The position numbers were made by a program, and so were the translations under genes. A stretch of DNA of 61,777 nt. It comes from Candidatus Omnitrophota bacterium (GTDB lineage Bacteria; Omnitrophota; Gorgyraeia; Gygaellales; Profunditerraquicolaceae). The stretch is from contig JAZDPH010000035.1 in the NCBI GenBank assembly GCA_043797735.1, positions 1-61,777 on the forward strand. Reading direction: 5' to 3'. Within the stretch, counting starts at the first letter, position 1. Each line of letters begins with the position of its first letter. The notes beneath the pieces are model-generated. The model was not told where the DNA came from. It saw only the letters and a list, made by a program, of their open reading frames with translations, and did not search any database. Positions 30,179 through 41,086 of the stretch are shown piece after piece.

Positions 30179-31168
30179 ATGCATCTTTCTGATTTCGATT
30201 ACAACCTGCCCAAAGAATTAATCGCGCAATACCCCCTACAGGTGCGCGACAGCGCCAGGCTTATGGTTTTAGACCGTAAGAGCCAGTCCATAGAGCACCG
30301 GGCATTCCGCGACATAACCGGATACCTAAAAAAAGGCGACCTTTTTGTTTTAAACGATACCAAGGTCCTGCGCAGCCGCCTTAAGGGCAGGCGTGTTAGC
30401 GGCGGCAAAGTTGAGGTACTGCTTCTGAACCATAAAGAGAGATTAACTTTCAGGGCATTGATTAAGCCGGCGCGGATAAAAATAGGCGAAACCATATCTT
30501 TTGGTAACGATGAAATTTCAGGCTTAATCAGCGCAAAAAATGAAATTACCTTTCATGTTGAGAAACCCGGCTCTGTTTACGAGTTAGGGGTTATGCCGCT
30601 GCCGCCTTATATAAAGAGGGAGCCTGAAGAGCTGGATAACCAGTATTACCAGACGGTATATGCCAACCATGAGGGGGCTATTGCCGCGCCTACTGCCGGG
30701 CTGCATTTTACAAAGGAGCTTATACAGAGGATGGAGTCGGCGGGGATAAAATTCGCGTCTCTTACCTTGCACGTCGGCTATGCCACCTTTAAGCCGGTAA
30801 AAGAAGAGGATATTACCAAACATAATATGGAGCCGGAATGTTTTAAAATCCCGCAGGGGGTAATAACAGCGCTTAGCCAGGCAGAAGAGAATAAATCGCG
30901 CGTATTTGCCGTCGGCACAACCAGCCTGCGGGCATTAGAGAGTTATAGTTTGGGTAATAAAGAAGGCTACACGGATCTATTTATTTACCCCGGCTATAAA
31001 TTCAGGCTTGTTAGCTGCCTGTTGACTAATTTTCACCTTCCGCGTACAACGTTGTTTATTCTCGCCTGCGCCTTCGGCGGCGCAGAATTTATCAGGCGGG
31101 CTTATGCCGAGGCAGTTAAGAAGAAATACCGGTTTTACAGCTACGGCGACGCGATGTTGATTATATGA
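30179..31168 (+). CDS. queA: S-adenosylmethionine:tRNA ribosyltransferase-isomerase
   Basis: LSDFDYNLPKELIAQYP, PLPPYI, AAPTAGLHFT, GTTSLRALE. Confidence 0.95.
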   Translation: MHLSDFDYNLPKELIAQYPLQVRDSARLMVLDRKSQSIEHRAFRDITGYLKKGDLFVLNDTKVLRSRLKGRRVSGGKVEVLLLNHKERLTFRALIKPARIKIGETISFGNDEISGLISAKNEITFHVEKPGSVYELGVMPLPPYIKREPEELDNQYYQTVYANHEGAIAAPTAGLHFTKELIQRMESAGIKFASLTLHVGYATFKPVKEEDITKHNMEPECFKIPQGVITALSQAEENKSRVFAVGTTSLRALESYSLGNKEGYTDLFIYPGYKFRLVSCLLTNFHLPRTTLFILACAFGGAEFIRRAYAEAVKKKYRFYSYGDAMLII

Positions 31169-31173
31169 GCAGT

Positions 31174-32456
<1,283 letters not shown>

Positions 32457-32457
32457 T

Positions 32458-32512
32458 AGGATAAGGTTGAGGATGAGGTTGAGTAAAAATACTTAACCTT
32501 AACCTTAACCTC
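32458..32512. repeat. word-repeat hairpin (GGTTGAGG/CCTTAACC words)
   Basis: AGGATAAGGTTGAGGATGAGGTTGAG faces CTTAACCTTAACCTTAACCTCC. Confidence 0.8.
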
Positions 32513-32515
32513 CGT

Positions 32516-33208
32516 ATGCTTATCGATATCATCACAATATTTCCCAAGATGTTTTCCCCCGTGCTGAATGAATCCATAATCAAGCGGGCGCAGGCTAAAG
32601 GTAAGGCCAAGATTCGCCTGCACGACTTGAGGGATTATACCTCTGATAAGCACCGCAAGGTCGACGACCGCCCTTTTGGGGGCGGGGCGGGAATGTTGAT
32701 GCGTCCGGAGCCTATCTTTAATGCCGTGGAGTCCCTGGCCAAGAAAGGCGGCCTGTCACAGAAAAAGAGGCGGGTCATTTTACTCTCTCCTCAGGGAAAG
32801 AGGTTAGAGCAGAAGAGCGCTAGAAGATTGTCAAAATACAGCCATCTTATTCTTGTCTGCGGCCATTACCAGGGGGTGGATGAAAGGGTGGCCGGGCATC
32901 TTGCGGATGAAGAGGTATCTATCGGTGATTACATCCTTACCGGAGGCGAACTTCCGGCAATGGTTCTGGTTGATGCGTTGGTGCGGCTTTTGCCCGGAGT
33001 GCTGGGAGATAAAAACTCCTTGAATTTTGAGTCATTTGAAGATAATCTATTAGAATCCCCGCATTATACAAGGCCGGCGTTTTTTAAGGGGATGAAAGTG
33101 CCGGAGGTGCTTTTATCCGGGGACCACAAGAGGATAGAGGCATGGAGGAGAAAAGAGGCCCTGAAGAAAACGAGAAGGAAGAGGCCGGGCCTTCTTAAAT
33201 CACAATAA
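32516..33208 (+). CDS. trmD: tRNA (guanine37-N1)-methyltransferase
   Basis: [22 protein letters not shown] and [12 protein letters not shown] motifs. Confidence 0.95.
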   Translation: MLIDIITIFPKMFSPVLNESIIKRAQAKGKAKIRLHDLRDYTSDKHRKVDDRPFGGGAGMLMRPEPIFNAVESLAKKGGLSQKKRRVILLSPQGKRLEQKSARRLSKYSHLILVCGHYQGVDERVAGHLADEEVSIGDYILTGGELPAMVLVDALVRLLPGVLGDKNSLNFESFEDNLLESPHYTRPAFFKGMKVPEVLLSGDHKRIEAWRRKEALKKTRRKRPGLLKSQ

Positions 33209-33228
33209 TCGAAAGGAGAAATGATACC

Positions 33229-33585
33229 GTGGATAAGATAAAACAGATTGAATCGGAATTTACCAAAAAAGAATTCCCTGAATTTAAGGTGGGGGATACG
33301 GTCAAGATATTTACCAGGATACCGGAGGGGCCGGATAAGTTTCGCCTGCACCCTTTTGAAGGGGTAGTTATCGCCAAACATGGCTCGGGGTTAAAGGTGA
33401 CCTTCAGCGTAAGAAAAGTTTCTTACGGGGAGGGGATAGAGCGCGTTTTTCCGCTTTACTCGCCCAGCATTGAAAGTATTAAAGTGCTGCGTTCCGGAAA
33501 GGTAAGGAGGGCAAAGCTTTATTATTTAAGAGGAAAAGTCGGAAAACACGCCACAAAAATAAAGAACGCAGAAGAGCGGAAATAG
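33229..33585 (+). CDS. rplS: 50S ribosomal protein L19
   Basis: GTG start behind AAAGGAGA. FKVGDTV...EG..R.Q.FEGVVIA pattern, downstream of trmD. Confidence 0.95.
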   Translation: MDKIKQIESEFTKKEFPEFKVGDTVKIFTRIPEGPDKFRLHPFEGVVIAKHGSGLKVTFSVRKVSYGEGIERVFPLYSPSIESIKVLRSGKVRRAKLYYLRGKVGKHATKIKNAEERK

Positions 33586-33601
33586 GATACCGAAAAAGAA
33601 G

Positions 33602-34207
33602 TTGTTCTATTACGAGAAAAAACTTCAAAAACAGGGTTACAATTTTATTATCGGGGTAGACGAGGCCGGGCGCGGGCCTTTAGCCGGGCCGGTGGTCGCG
33701 GCGGCAGTAATCCTTAAGGGGAACAGGCGTTTTAAAAACCGCATAGACGACTCAAAAAAATTAACCCCCCTGGCGCGCGAGGAGGCATTTCTTGAACTCT
33801 CCCGCAAGGCCGTATTCGGTATCGGCATAATGAGCGAGAAGGTAATCGACCGCGTTAATATATTGCAGGCTACGCGCCTGGCTATGGAGCAGGCGGTGAT
33901 TTCGCTGCTTAAGAAAATGAATTTTCCTAAATCCGCCAATCCTTACATTATTACCGACGGCCGCATCCCCTTGAATATAGCGCTTCCCTGCAAGGGGATT
34001 ATAGGCGGCGACCGCAAATCCAAGACTATCGCCGCGGCATCTATTTTTGCCAAAGTTACCCGCGACCGCATCATGAAGATGTATGACTTAGTATTCCCGC
34101 AATACGGTTTCGAAAAACACAAAGGCTATCCCACTCGGGAGCACATAAGAAAATTAAAAAAGTTAGGGCCTTCTTTAATCCATAGGCAAAGTTTCCACGT
34201 TGACTAA
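33602..34207 (+). CDS. rnhB: ribonuclease HII
   Basis: GVDEAGRGPLAGPVVAAAV, DSKKLT and the KHKGY segment. TTG start. Confidence 0.92.
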   Translation: MFYYEKKLQKQGYNFIIGVDEAGRGPLAGPVVAAAVILKGNRRFKNRIDDSKKLTPLAREEAFLELSRKAVFGIGIMSEKVIDRVNILQATRLAMEQAVISLLKKMNFPKSANPYIITDGRIPLNIALPCKGIIGGDRKSKTIAAASIFAKVTRDRIMKMYDLVFPQYGFEKHKGYPTREHIRKLKKLGPSLIHRQSFHVD

Positions 34208-34610
34208 ACAAAATTTATATTTAGGTAAACCCCGCTCCTGCGCGCAGGAGCTGGGTAAATCCGGAGAAGAGGCCGCGGTTGATTTATTAAAGAAAAACGG
34301 ATATAATATCATCTTTAGGAATTATAAGACGCGTTTGGGCGAGATAGATGTCATCGCCTACGACAAGGATACGCTCTGTTTTATTGAAGTAAAAACCAGG
34401 AGTTCCGACAGGTTCGGCCTCGGGCAGGAGGCGGTATCAAAACCTAAGCAAAGGCAGATTGCTAAGGCCGCGCTTATTTTTATTAAAGAAAAAAACCTGC
34501 TTAACAGGAAGGCAAGGTTTGACGTAGCTTCGGTTCTGGTTTCTCTTGGGCTGCCGAAAATAAATTTGATAAAAGACGCCTTTGAGTTAGACCCAAGTTT
34601 TAGCCCTTAA
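34200..34610 (+). CDS. YraN-family (UPF0102) endonuclease-like protein
   Basis: GEIDVIA....L.FIEVKTR motif, in the conserved position after rnhB. Confidence 0.8.
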   Translation: MTKQNLYLGKPRSCAQELGKSGEEAAVDLLKKNGYNIIFRNYKTRLGEIDVIAYDKDTLCFIEVKTRSSDRFGLGQEAVSKPKQRQIAKAALIFIKEKNLLNRKARFDVASVLVSLGLPKINLIKDAFELDPSFSP

Positions 34611-34611
34611 A

Positions 34612-35172
34612 ATGTATAAAGACAGTTCGCTCAAAAAATATCTTGATGATTTGGCGGCAAAGCTGCCTGCCCCGGGCGGGGGTTCGGCAGCGGCATTATC
34701 GGCCGCGCTGGGGGCCTCCTTAATCAGCATGGTGGTTAATTTTTCCCTGGGGAAGCCTAAATATGCCTGTTATGAAAATGACTTAAAAGGGATTTTCCGG
34801 AAATCCGAAGGTTTAAGGAGGCAATTCCTGAACCTGGTGGATCTGGATGTCCGCGCCTATAAGGGCAGGAACATAAGGGATGCGCTTGACGTGCCTTTTA
34901 TGCTGGCGCGCCTGTGCCTTGAGGGGATAAAATTATGCCCGCCCCTGGTGAAAAAGGGTAATATAAATTTAATCAGCGATGTGGCGGTAGCCGCGGTCCT
35001 GCTGGAGGCGGCATTTTCTTCGGCACAATACAACGTGGAGATAAACCTGAAGTTACTGGGGGACAAAAAGTTATCCGTTGCCATTAAGAGGGAATTGGCG
35101 GGCAAGGATAAAATAATAAAGAGAATAAGGATGCAGACGGAGGTTAAAGTTGGCGAAATTATTAGAAGGTAA
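34612..35172 (+). CDS. cyclodeaminase/cyclohydrolase-family protein (FchA-like methenyl-THF cyclohydrolase)
   Basis: The N-terminal YLDDLAAKLPAPGGGSAAALSAALGASLISMV is the typical FTCD_C signature. Adjacent to folD and metF. Confidence 0.75.
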   Translation: MYKDSSLKKYLDDLAAKLPAPGGGSAAALSAALGASLISMVVNFSLGKPKYACYENDLKGIFRKSEGLRRQFLNLVDLDVRAYKGRNIRDALDVPFMLARLCLEGIKLCPPLVKKGNINLISDVAVAAVLLEAAFSSAQYNVEINLKLLGDKKLSVAIKRELAGKDKIIKRIRMQTEVKVGEIIRR

Positions 35173-35995
35173 ACCTATTGCTGAGAAAATAAAAGAAGAG
35201 ATTAAGTCTGGAGTTTGCTCTTTAAAAGTCAAGCCTGTTTTGGCCAGTGTTCAGGTTGGCGAGAATGCCGGCGCTGAAAGCTATGCTAAGTCTCAAAATA
35301 AGGCTGCCGAAGGCTTAGGCATTGATTATCAGTTTCATAAATTGGCCGTAGATACCTCAGAGGACAGCCTTGTTGAGTTTATCCGCAGGCTAAACGGAGA
35401 TAAATCCGTAAACGGCATCATTATCCAGATGCCCCTTCCGCCGCAGATAGACTATAAAAAGATAAGCGGGTTTATCAGCCCGGATAAGGATGTGGAAGGG
35501 ATGCATCCGCTAAATATAGGTAAGATAGTGTTTGGAAAGGCCAAGCTCCTGCCCTGTACGCCGGCGGCAGTAATGGAGTTATTGAATTGCTGCTCTCTGG
35601 ATTTATGCGGAAAAGAAGTAGTAATAGTCGGCCATAGCGAGATAGTCGGTAAGCCCCTGGCGCTTATTTTATTGGATAAGTTCGCCACGGTGACGGTGGC
35701 TCATATCGGCACCTCCAAGGCAGGCAGATTAGAGGAGCATGTAAAGAGAGCCGAAATCCTGATTGTGGCAGTGGGCAAGGCCGGCTTAATTAAAGGCGAA
35801 TGGGTTAAAGAGGGGGCTATTGTTATTGACGTGGGGATAAACCGCGTGGAAGGAAAAATTGTCGGAGACGTGGAGTTTGAGGAGGCCGCAAAGCGCGCCT
35901 GCTGTATTACCCCCGTCCCCGGCGGCGTCGGCCCCCTGACCGTTACCATGTTGATGCGCAATTTAGTGGAAGCGGCAAAATTACAGCAGGGCTAA
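35150..35995 (+). CDS. folD: bifunctional methylene-THF dehydrogenase / methenyl-THF cyclohydrolase
   Basis: LEGKPIA start, VGHSEIVGKPLA and TPVPGGVGPLTV motifs. TTG start. Confidence 0.95.
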   Translation: MAKLLEGKPIAEKIKEEIKSGVCSLKVKPVLASVQVGENAGAESYAKSQNKAAEGLGIDYQFHKLAVDTSEDSLVEFIRRLNGDKSVNGIIIQMPLPPQIDYKKISGFISPDKDVEGMHPLNIGKIVFGKAKLLPCTPAAVMELLNCCSLDLCGKEVVIVGHSEIVGKPLALILLDKFATVTVAHIGTSKAGRLEEHVKRAEILIVAVGKAGLIKGEWVKEGAIVIDVGINRVEGKIVGDVEFEEAAKRACCITPVPGGVGPLTVTMLMRNLVEAAKLQQG

Positions 35996-35998
35996 AAA

Positions 35999-36868
35999 AT
36001 GACCTTTAAGGAAAAAATACATTCGGGTAAGTTTGTGGTGACCTCGGAGATTGGGCCGCCCAAGGGAATCGAGGTTGGGCAGATCCTGGAGGATGCCGAA
36101 CTTATCCGCGGCAGGGTGGATGCCATAAACGTTACCGACCTGCAGAGTTCGGTGATGCGGCTGGGCTCTTTGGCAGTCTCCAGCCTCCTGAAACAGAAGG
36201 GTTTTGAGCCGGTATTTCAGCTGACCTGCCGGGACCGCAACCGCCTGGCGCTACAGTCGGACCTGCTTTCCGCGGCGGCGCTGGGCATTGAAAATGTTCT
36301 CATCTTAACCGGCGACCATACCACATTAGGAGACCATCCCGAGGCAAAGCCTGTTTTTGACCTGGATTCAGTGCAGTTATTGCAGGCAGCCAAAAAGCTG
36401 CAGCAGGGCTTTGATATGAATAATTTTAAGCTTCAGGGTGAGCCTCCGAAATTTTGCCTGGGCGCAGTGGTAAATCCCGGCGCAGACCCCCTGGAGCCGC
36501 AAATTCTAAAGATGGAGAAAAAAATAGAGGCGGGGGCGGAATTTTTCCAGACTCAAGCCGTCTATGACCTGAAGATTTTTGAAAATTTTATAAATAAGAT
36601 AAAACACTTAAAAACCACGGTGCTGGCGGGTATAGTGCTGTTAAAATCCGCCGGCATGGCAAGGTATATGAATAAGAACGTCGCCGGGGTTTTTGTGCCC
36701 GATAACCTGATAAAAGAGATGGAAGAGGCAAAGGACAAGGCTGCCAAATCCGTAGAAATATCCTCAAGGCTGATAAAGGAACTCAAGGCCATGTGTAACG
36801 GCATCCATATTATGCCTATCGGCTGGGATAAGATTGTGCCGAAGGTATTGGATGCGGCGGGGTTATAA
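35999..36868 (+). CDS. metF: methylenetetrahydrofolate reductase
   Basis: 289 aa MTHFR-like TIM barrel (VTSEIGPPKG, NVTD, LTGDH). Follows folD. Confidence 0.85.
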   Translation: MTFKEKIHSGKFVVTSEIGPPKGIEVGQILEDAELIRGRVDAINVTDLQSSVMRLGSLAVSSLLKQKGFEPVFQLTCRDRNRLALQSDLLSAAALGIENVLILTGDHTTLGDHPEAKPVFDLDSVQLLQAAKKLQQGFDMNNFKLQGEPPKFCLGAVVNPGADPLEPQILKMEKKIEAGAEFFQTQAVYDLKIFENFINKIKHLKTTVLAGIVLLKSAGMARYMNKNVAGVFVPDNLIKEMEEAKDKAAKSVEISSRLIKELKAMCNGIHIMPIGWDKIVPKVLDAAGL

Positions 36869-36870
36869 TA

Positions 36871-39800
36871 ATGGGCCTGCCGCAGATACCCGGGGCAAAG
36901 AAGAAGGGCGTAGTATTATTTGATGTTTCGGATGGCCTGGAAAAATTAGACGAGTATCTTATAAATGATACCGTCTGCATTGACGGACCGGCAGAACTCG
37001 CCATCCGCCTGGCCGGGGAGCTGAATCATAAATACAAAGTCGCCTCCAAAGTCGTAAACAGGGACAAATTTGAAAGAGAACTGCCCGCCTATATTGAAGT
37101 AATCAACAGCCCTATTCAGGAGATCGTCGGGGAAGGAAGGGCGGAGGCGGTTAAGTTTAAAAACGGCAAAGTTGTCGGGGTAAGTTTAGTCGTATTAATA
37201 AAAGGAGATAATATGTCAGAGCTATTAGTTCAGATGGGGACCAAGGGTGCGGCGGCGGTACTGGAGTTGACGCGCCAGTCGCTAAACGATGCGATTGCCG
37301 CCGGGGGCAGGGATAAACCGGTTGCTTTTCCCGAGACAAATTATTATCTGCCCCTGATAAATGTCTTATTGAATATTGAGGTCAGGAACCTGGGGGATTG
37401 CCTTCTTGCCTTAGAGCAGGCAGAGGCATTAAACAGGAATGAGGCGGCCAAGAGCGGCTTGATTATAAACAGCCTCGGCGGCATCCTGAATAAAGGCATC
37501 GCCACTTTAATCTGCGAGGAGCTCCTGGCGGTTCTGGCGGTTTCAAAAAAAGAGCACCCTAAGGCCGGTTTGGGTTTTGTGCCGGATAAGATACTGCGTT
37601 CGCTGGGATTACAGCTGGTTGACGGCAGGATCTCCGGCATCGCCGTAATCTTAGGGCCGGCTAAAGACGATGATTCCGCCGTAGAATTAATCAGGAATTT
37701 CCAGTCCAAGGGCATTGTCAGCCTCTTAGCCGGCAGCGCTTCAGGAAAAACTTTTGCCAGCCAGCTTGAGAATAAAAAAATAGAATTAGGGCTGGATAAT
37801 TATATTGTTGCCCTGGGGGAGGATTATTTATCGGCGATTTATGCGGTTAATTTTGCGGTAAGAGCGCCCTTAATTTACGGCGGATGCAAGCCCGGGCAGT
37901 GGGAGGCTGCAGCCGGTTATGTCCGCAATCGCGTGCCTGCTTTTGTTCTGCTTTTGGGGTATGTCGATGAGGTTATCGTTGCCACCGGCCTGGGTGTATT
38001 GGCTTTCGGCCTGCCGATTATAACCGACTTGGATGTGCCGCAGCTGCCTAAGATAGACACTACGCTTTATGAGGCGCTGGTTACCGAGAAGGACTATAAA
38101 AAAATTCCCTCAAAGTGTATTCTGGCGCGGGGGATTAAGGTGAAATTGGCAGAGGTGCCTGTGCCTGTGCCGTATGCCTCGGCCTTTGAAGGGGAGCGGG
38201 TGAAGAAAGACCAGCTGCAGGTTGAATTCGGAGGAAAGGCAAGCCTTGCCTTTGAATTTCTCTCATCCGCAAAGGAAGAGCAGGTTGATGACGGCAGGTT
38301 TGAGCTAATCGGCCCGGACATTGACCAGTTAGAGCCGGACAAGAAGTCTCTGCCCTTGGCAATTACAGTTGGAGTCTTTGGCCGCAAAATGCAGAAGGAT
38401 TTTGAGCCGATACTGGAACGCCAGATTCATCGTTTCATGAATTACGCCTGCGGGGTAATGCACGTGGGCCAGCGCGATATGAACTGGATACGCATCAGCC
38501 GTGATGCCTTTAATAAGGGTTTCAGGTTAAAGCATGTCGGGGTAATCCTGCATGCGATGCTGCATCAGGAATACAGCGCCATCGTAGATAAGGTTCAGGT
38601 TAAGGTTTACACAAAGCAGGATGAGGTAGAGAAACTATTGCCTGCCGCCAAAAAGGTGTTTGATGAGCGCGACGAACGCATCAGCGGGATGACCGATGAA
38701 AGTGTAAAGGATTTTTATTCGTGCCTGCTCTGCCAGTCCTTTGCCCCGAATCACGTTTGTATCGTAACCCCCGAGCGGCTGGGCCTCTGCGGGGCATATT
38801 CCTGGCTTGATGCCAAGGCGGCGTATGAGATTACCCCCACCGGGCCGAATCAGCCTATTACCAAAGGCAGCGTCTTGGACGAGCGGCTGGGCCAGTGGCA
38901 GAGCGTAAATGAGTTTATCTATCAGAAATCAAACAAGAGCATCGATAAGACCAGCATGTATTCGCTTATGGATTCCCCGCAATCGTCGTGCGTAGTGGGA
39001 AACACCCGAGTTATTATTGATAATGAATTAAAGCCCATAGGGGAATTTATAGATAATAATCGCGGAGGTGAAGAATATGCGAAGTCGGGAGTTTTTACTT
39101 TAAAGGAAAGTAAAGCAACTTCGGAGAGAATAGTGGCAATGCAAAGATTTGAACTGCCTGAGAAAAAAGATTTAGTTACTATAAGAACGAAAACCGGAAC
39201 GGAACTTATCCTTACTGGTGACCATCGGATTGCTACGGATAGGCCTGAGGGCCTAAATTGGATTCCGGCTTGCGAACTCAAAACGGGCGATAGAATAATC
39301 TCTTTAAAGAGGTTGGACATAAAAGAGGAAGTGCCGGATTTGCGCAGTTTAATCTCGGATGATTTGCCTCTAAAAGATAAAGTCCTTATGGAGACATCGG
39401 TAAATAAAGCCATAATAAATAAGGAATTATTTTATTTGATGGGTTTAATTGCCTCTGATGGCTCGGTTTTTAAGAGAGGAAACCGCGAATATGGCATATA
39501 TTTTGTGAATACAGGGAAAGAATTGATTAGCGAATATGAAAATTTATACAAAACTATCTTTCCTGAGAAAAATTTGCATGTCGGCATAAAAAAACCGAGG
39601 AAAGACGCTTTCATCAAAGGAAGAAGAATCCACTCCAAAAAGGATTGTTATGTATGTTATTCCAATAATTCTATTTTTGGAATTCTGCTTGAGTGCTTCG
39701 GAATAATCCCAAAGAAAAAAAGCAGGTGCCTTAAGAACATGGTAACTTTGCCGCGTGGATATATCGCGGGCTTTTTAACCGGTCTTTTTGACGGAGACGG

Positions 39801-40791
39801 AAGCATCAGACTGAGAAAATACGATAATAAATGGGATGTCGCAGAGGGCTACCTTTGCTGCCAGACTCAAGAACAAGGCTATTACCTTCAGTTATTATTA
39901 AAAAGGTTCGGCATAGTAAGCAATTTAAAGAAGTCCAATTCTATCTATAAAATTGAATTACACGGAAATAACATCTATGAATTTTGCAAGATTATAACGC
40001 CCGTCCATAGAGAAAAGAAAAAAATAACCGAGAAGATAAGGTTATTATATAAAGAGCCAAAGATAGACAAAACACAGGTTAATATCTTGCCCTTTTTTGT
40101 AGGAAAGAGGTTAGCCGACTTGCCCGAAAGTAAAAGTATGTTAAGCTCAAGCACTAACTTCTATTATAAGACTTTTCGCTCAAGGCCAACAGCGGATAAT
40201 CTACGTAAGGTTATCAATAATTCCGGCTCAAATGAGGCCAACGCATTGAGAGTATTTTTGGATAGCGATTTCTATTTGGATATTATTGATAAAGTCAAAA
40301 AAAATACAAAAAGGGAGAAATACGTTTATAACCTTACTTTGTCCGATACGCATTGTTATTTTGCTAACCAGGTGCTTATAAAGAATTGTGGTTGTTTTGA
40401 GTGTATCATTGCTATCATCCCCGAGGCAAACGGGGTGATGCTGGTGCACCGTGATTATTCCGGGATGACCCCCTGCGGGATGAGCTTTACCACCTTAGCC
40501 GGTTCGGTGGGCGGCGGGGCGCAGACCCCGGGATTTTTAGGCATAGGCAAACTTTATATATTAAGCAATAAGTTTATTTCCGCAGAAGGCGGCTTAAAAC
40601 GGGTAGTCTGGATGCCCAAAGAGTTAAAGGAAATATTGGGAGATAAGTTAAAAAAACGCGCAGAGGAGCTGGGCCTGCCGGATTTAATTGATAAAATTGC
40701 CGACGAAACAAAGGCACAAACCTCGGAAGAGCTCCAGAGTTATTTAGCCAAGGTAAAACATCCTGCCCTGGCGATGGAGCCGATGTTGTAA
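36871..40791 (+). CDS. acsB: acetyl-CoA synthase (CODH/ACS A-cluster subunit) precursor, interrupted by an intein, with a 114-aa in-frame N-terminal extension
   Basis: From Met115 (ATG 37213, behind AAAGGAGA) the translation appears colinear with bacterial AcsB as I recall it. It includes the [4Fe-4S] Cys motif CLLCQSFAPNHVCIVTPERLGLCG and the CGCFE Ni motif, and ends ...HPALAMEPML. Exteins from Met115 total 726 aa. Confidence 0.9.
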   Translation: MGLPQIPGAKKKGVVLFDVSDGLEKLDEYLINDTVCIDGPAELAIRLAGELNHKYKVASKVVNRDKFERELPAYIEVINSPIQEIVGEGRAEAVKFKNGKVVGVSLVVLIKGDNMSELLVQMGTKGAAAVLELTRQSLNDAIAAGGRDKPVAFPETNYYLPLINVLLNIEVRNLGDCLLALEQAEALNRNEAAKSGLIINSLGGILNKGIATLICEELLAVLAVSKKEHPKAGLGFVPDKILRSLGLQLVDGRISGIAVILGPAKDDDSAVELIRNFQSKGIVSLLAGSASGKTFASQLENKKIELGLDNYIVALGEDYLSAIYAVNFAVRAPLIYGGCKPGQWEAAAGYVRNRVPAFVLLLGYVDEVIVATGLGVLAFGLPIITDLDVPQLPKIDTTLYEALVTEKDYKKIPSKCILARGIKVKLAEVPVPVPYASAFEGERVKKDQLQVEFGGKASLAFEFLSSAKEEQVDDGRFELIGPDIDQLEPDKKSLPLAITVGVFGRKMQKDFEPILERQIHRFMNYACGVMHVGQRDMNWIRISRDAFNKGFRLKHVGVILHAMLHQEYSAIVDKVQVKVYTKQDEVEKLLPAAKKVFDERDERISGMTDESVKDFYSCLLCQSFAPNHVCIVTPERLGLCGAYSWLDAKAAYEITPTGPNQPITKGSVLDERLGQWQSVNEFIYQKSNKSIDKTSMYSLMDSPQSSCVVGNTRVIIDNELKPIGEFIDNNRGGEEYAKSGVFTLKESKATSERIVAMQRFELPEKKDLVTIRTKTGTELILTGDHRIATDRPEGLNWIPACELKTGDRIISLKRLDIKEEVPDLRSLISDDLPLKDKVLMETSVNKAIINKELFYLMGLIASDGSVFKRGNREYGIYFVNTGKELISEYENLYKTIFPEKNLHVGIKKPRKDAFIKGRRIHSKKDCYVCYSNNSIFGILLECFGIIPKKKSRCLKNMVTLPRGYIAGFLTGLFDGDGSIRLRKYDNKWDVAEGYLCCQTQEQGYYLQLLLKRFGIVSNLKKSNSIYKIELHGNNIYEFCKIITPVHREKKKITEKIRLLYKEPKIDKTQVNILPFFVGKRLADLPESKSMLSSSTNFYYKTFRSRPTADNLRKVINNSGSNEANALRVFLDSDFYLDIIDKVKKNTKREKYVYNLTLSDTHCYFANQVLIKNCGCFECIIAIIPEANGVMLVHRDYSGMTPCGMSFTTLAGSVGGGAQTPGFLGIGKLYILSNKFISAEGGLKRVVWMPKELKEILGDKLKKRAEELGLPDLIDKIADETKAQTSEELQSYLAKVKHPALAMEPML
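38989..40386 (+). mobile_element. intein (466 aa) with LAGLIDADG homing-endonuclease domain, inside acsB
   Basis: Starts with Cys (CVVGNTRVIID) and has block B LTGDH. Two LAGLIDADG motifs are present (LMGLIASDGSV near 39433-39470; FLTGLFDGDGSI near 39762-39806). It ends ...VLIKN followed by +1 Cys. The flanks join to LMDSPQSS-CGCFE. The segment is visibly more AT-rich than the flanking acsB sequence. Confidence 0.85.
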
Positions 40792-40805
40792 ACCGCCGAT
40801 TTTCC

Positions 40806-40834
40806 TTGACAATAGTATATCACTGTGATATACT
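40806..40834 (+). promoter_or_regulatory. sigma70-like promoter with embedded palindromic operator upstream of the TA pair
   Basis: TTGACA (40806-40811), 17-nt spacer, TATACT (40829-40834). The perfect palindrome AGTATATCAC-T-GTGATATACT (40814-40834) overlaps the spacer and the -10. RBS GGAGGTG lies at 40841. Confidence 0.7.
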
Positions 40835-40852
40835 TTAATCGGAGGTGAAAAG

Positions 40853-41086
40853 ATGTCTGTGATGATGAATAAAGAGCTTCTTATAAGAATGCCCTCTTCG
40901 CTTTATCAAGAAACAGTCAAACTTTGCAGGAAAAGATATATGTCAATATCCTCATTTATCCGGGAATTGCTTATTGAGCAGATAGAGAACTCTCTTGCTC
41001 CGGCAGAAGAAAAGATTGTTGCCGAAGGCGAAAGGCTGTACCTGAAAAGAAAAGGCGCTAACTGGAGAAAGGTAAAGCGTGGGTAA
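40853..41086 (+). CDS. ribbon-helix-helix (CopG-like) antitoxin
   Basis: 77 aa with a beta-strand/helix/helix pattern (LLIRMPSSLYQETVKLCRK..SISSFIRELLIEQ). It overlaps the downstream toxin gene by 8 nt. Confidence 0.7.
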   Translation: MSVMMNKELLIRMPSSLYQETVKLCRKRYMSISSFIRELLIEQIENSLAPAEEKIVAEGERLYLKRKGANWRKVKRG

